Shown: in pieces, positions 46,809 to 48,217 of the stretch
Layout: every line of letters begins with the position of its first letter
Numbering within the stretch: position 1 is the first letter of the stretch
Assembly: GCF_002087085.1 (NCBI RefSeq)
Contig: NZ_MWQY01000027.1
Span: 1 to 48,217 of the forward strand
DNA: 48,217 bases
Direction: 5' to 3'
Position numbers and translations under genes: made by a program
Notes under the pieces: model-generated
What the model was told of the DNA's origin: nothing
The model's input: the letters and a program-made list of their open reading frames with translations, nothing else
Databases searched by the model: none

Positions 46809-48146
46809 ATGGATACTATGGGTGAGCGAAACCGGGATGCCCGTATAATGATTACTCTTCGTGAGGACGAGATGGAGGCCCTGGGAACCCTGTATCCCGC
46901 TCTGGGTGAAGGGCGGCCTCTGGGAGTGGAAGATATCCAGGGGGAGCTTGAAGCCGCCGGCGTCGTTGCGGGCATTCTGCAGGAAACACTGAAACAGCTG
47001 CCGGACAAAACGGATCCTGCAGGAAAAGCTGTCTCCTGTGTGCTGGCCCGGGGAACCCCGGCGGAGGACGCCGACCCCGCCTATCTCAAACTGTCCCAGA
47101 AACTTTTTGATCTCAGACTCTACGGAAAAGAGAAGGGCGGTCGGGTCGACTTTCGGGAAGCCCGCCCCTTTGTGGTTGTCCGGAAAGGTGAAGCCCTGGG
47201 GAGGTATCTGCCCCCTGGTCCGGGAACGCCGGGGATTACTGTGACGGGGAGGATTCTTGAACCGGGGATAAAAAAACGTATTCCCTTTGAACCCGGAGAG
47301 AACACCTTTCGCGAAGGCGATTATATCCGCGCCGCAATCTCCGGACGCTTTGTGCTCCAGAGGCTGCGCTTCTCTGTAAGCGAGGTGCTTGAGCTCGGGG
47401 GAGTCGATTTTCACAGCGGTAATATCCGCTATCCCGGGGATGTAATCCTTAGGGGTGAGATCTGCGACGGGTTCAGCCTCAGCTGCGGAGGTGATCTCCA
47501 CTCGGCGGTCCCCCTGGACGCGACAGAGGTCAAGGTAAAGGGAGATCTCAGCGTAGAGGGGGGGATTATTGGTAGGGAACCAGGAATACTCAAGGTCGGG
47601 GGTGCTGTGCAGGCCCGGTTTATCGAAAACCTGGAGCTGGAATGCCGCGGTTCGATACGGCTGGATGGGGTAATCCTGCAGAGCAGAATCTCCACCCTGG
47701 GCTTTCTCCAGTGCGGAGAAAAGGGGCGCATCTTCAATTCCACCGTGCAGGCTGTGGAGGGCATAGAGACCTGGCAGCTCGGCCATCCCGCCGGCAGGAA
47801 AACCCTGGTACGCTGCGGTTCCGACTTTCGAAAGCTGAAACTCTACGGGGAGCTTAAAAGTAGAGAAGATGATCTTCAGCGTCAGCTTGGAAAAAGACCT
47901 TCGGAAGCAGATGCTGAGACCCTGCTGCAACTGCGCCGGGAACTTGAAGAGCTGCGGGATTCCGCCGCAGCTCTTCTGCGGGAACTGAACCCCCGTCCCG
48001 ACGCCCGTGTTACCGTAAGGGATACGATATATCCCGGGGTCACCATTGAGATCTGCCAGGTGCTGTACCGGGTGGAGACCGCCATTCCCCGGGGAAGCTT
48101 TTACCTGGACCCTGAATCCGGAGAGATTAAGGTGACCGGGACCTGA
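46809..48146 (+). CDS. FapA/DUF342 family protein
   Basis: LARGTP, GRVDFRE, G.PGITVTG, VDFHSGNIRYPGDV, beta-helix repeats, coiled coil, IYPGVTIEI. The start may be 46818. Confidence 0.85.
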   Translation: MDTMGERNRDARIMITLREDEMEALGTLYPALGEGRPLGVEDIQGELEAAGVVAGILQETLKQLPDKTDPAGKAVSCVLARGTPAEDADPAYLKLSQKLFDLRLYGKEKGGRVDFREARPFVVVRKGEALGRYLPPGPGTPGITVTGRILEPGIKKRIPFEPGENTFREGDYIRAAISGRFVLQRLRFSVSEVLELGGVDFHSGNIRYPGDVILRGEICDGFSLSCGGDLHSAVPLDATEVKVKGDLSVEGGIIGREPGILKVGGAVQARFIENLELECRGSIRLDGVILQSRISTLGFLQCGEKGRIFNSTVQAVEGIETWQLGHPAGRKTLVRCGSDFRKLKLYGELKSREDDLQRQLGKRPSEADAETLLQLRRELEELRDSAAALLRELNPRPDARVTVRDTIYPGVTIEICQVLYRVETAIPRGSFYLDPESGEIKVTGT

Positions 48147-48147
48147 A

Positions 48148-48176
48148 TTGCGTGCACCTCCTAAAACTGATATGAT
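48148..48176 (+). promoter_or_regulatory. Sigma70 promoter for a gene beyond the window
   Basis: TTGCGT-N17-TATGAT with an extended -10 TG. Confidence 0.55.
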
Positions 48177-48217
48177 GTGACCTTTGTCAAGGTTTATTTT
48201 TCTTTCACGAAACAAAA

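Overview
A gene-dense, GC-rich bacterial chromosomal segment. Gene content and lipoprotein signal peptides point to a free-living spirochaete (Spirochaetales); this is an inference. All family assignments come from recognising motifs by eye, not from database searches. From left to right the window holds: ilvBN; a PTS-EIIA plus CPA2 antiporter pair; a nitrogen-assimilation block with three glutamine synthetases (two GSIII and one GSI-beta) and an unusual ACT-fused GlnE; DUF2156 and pepT; a 5 x ~77-bp palindromic tandem repeat; a five-gene envelope cluster (FecR-domain protein, three lipoproteins and a beta-barrel-like protein that appears to start at CTG); a glycerophosphodiesterase; mnmE-mnmG-rsmG; a TPR/Mrr-like protein with an A24 peptidase; an Hsp70-SBD/LysM protein followed by slt, uppP, ftsK and a eukaryote-type chorismate mutase; msrB; an atypical class III cyclase; NlpC/P60; pgi; argRCBDG with ARG boxes; and a FapA/DUF342 gene. 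No CRISPR array, tRNA, rRNA or transposase was seen. The most intriguing unexplained signal is a candidate ~80-nt sRNA at ~39581-39659. It is the exact antisense of an idealised 'SD-AUG-Lys-Lys' translation start, carries a second anti-SD motif in its terminator loop, and follows an ECF-like promoter. Also notable are the triple-GS/permuted-GlnE locus and many apparently leaderless genes.
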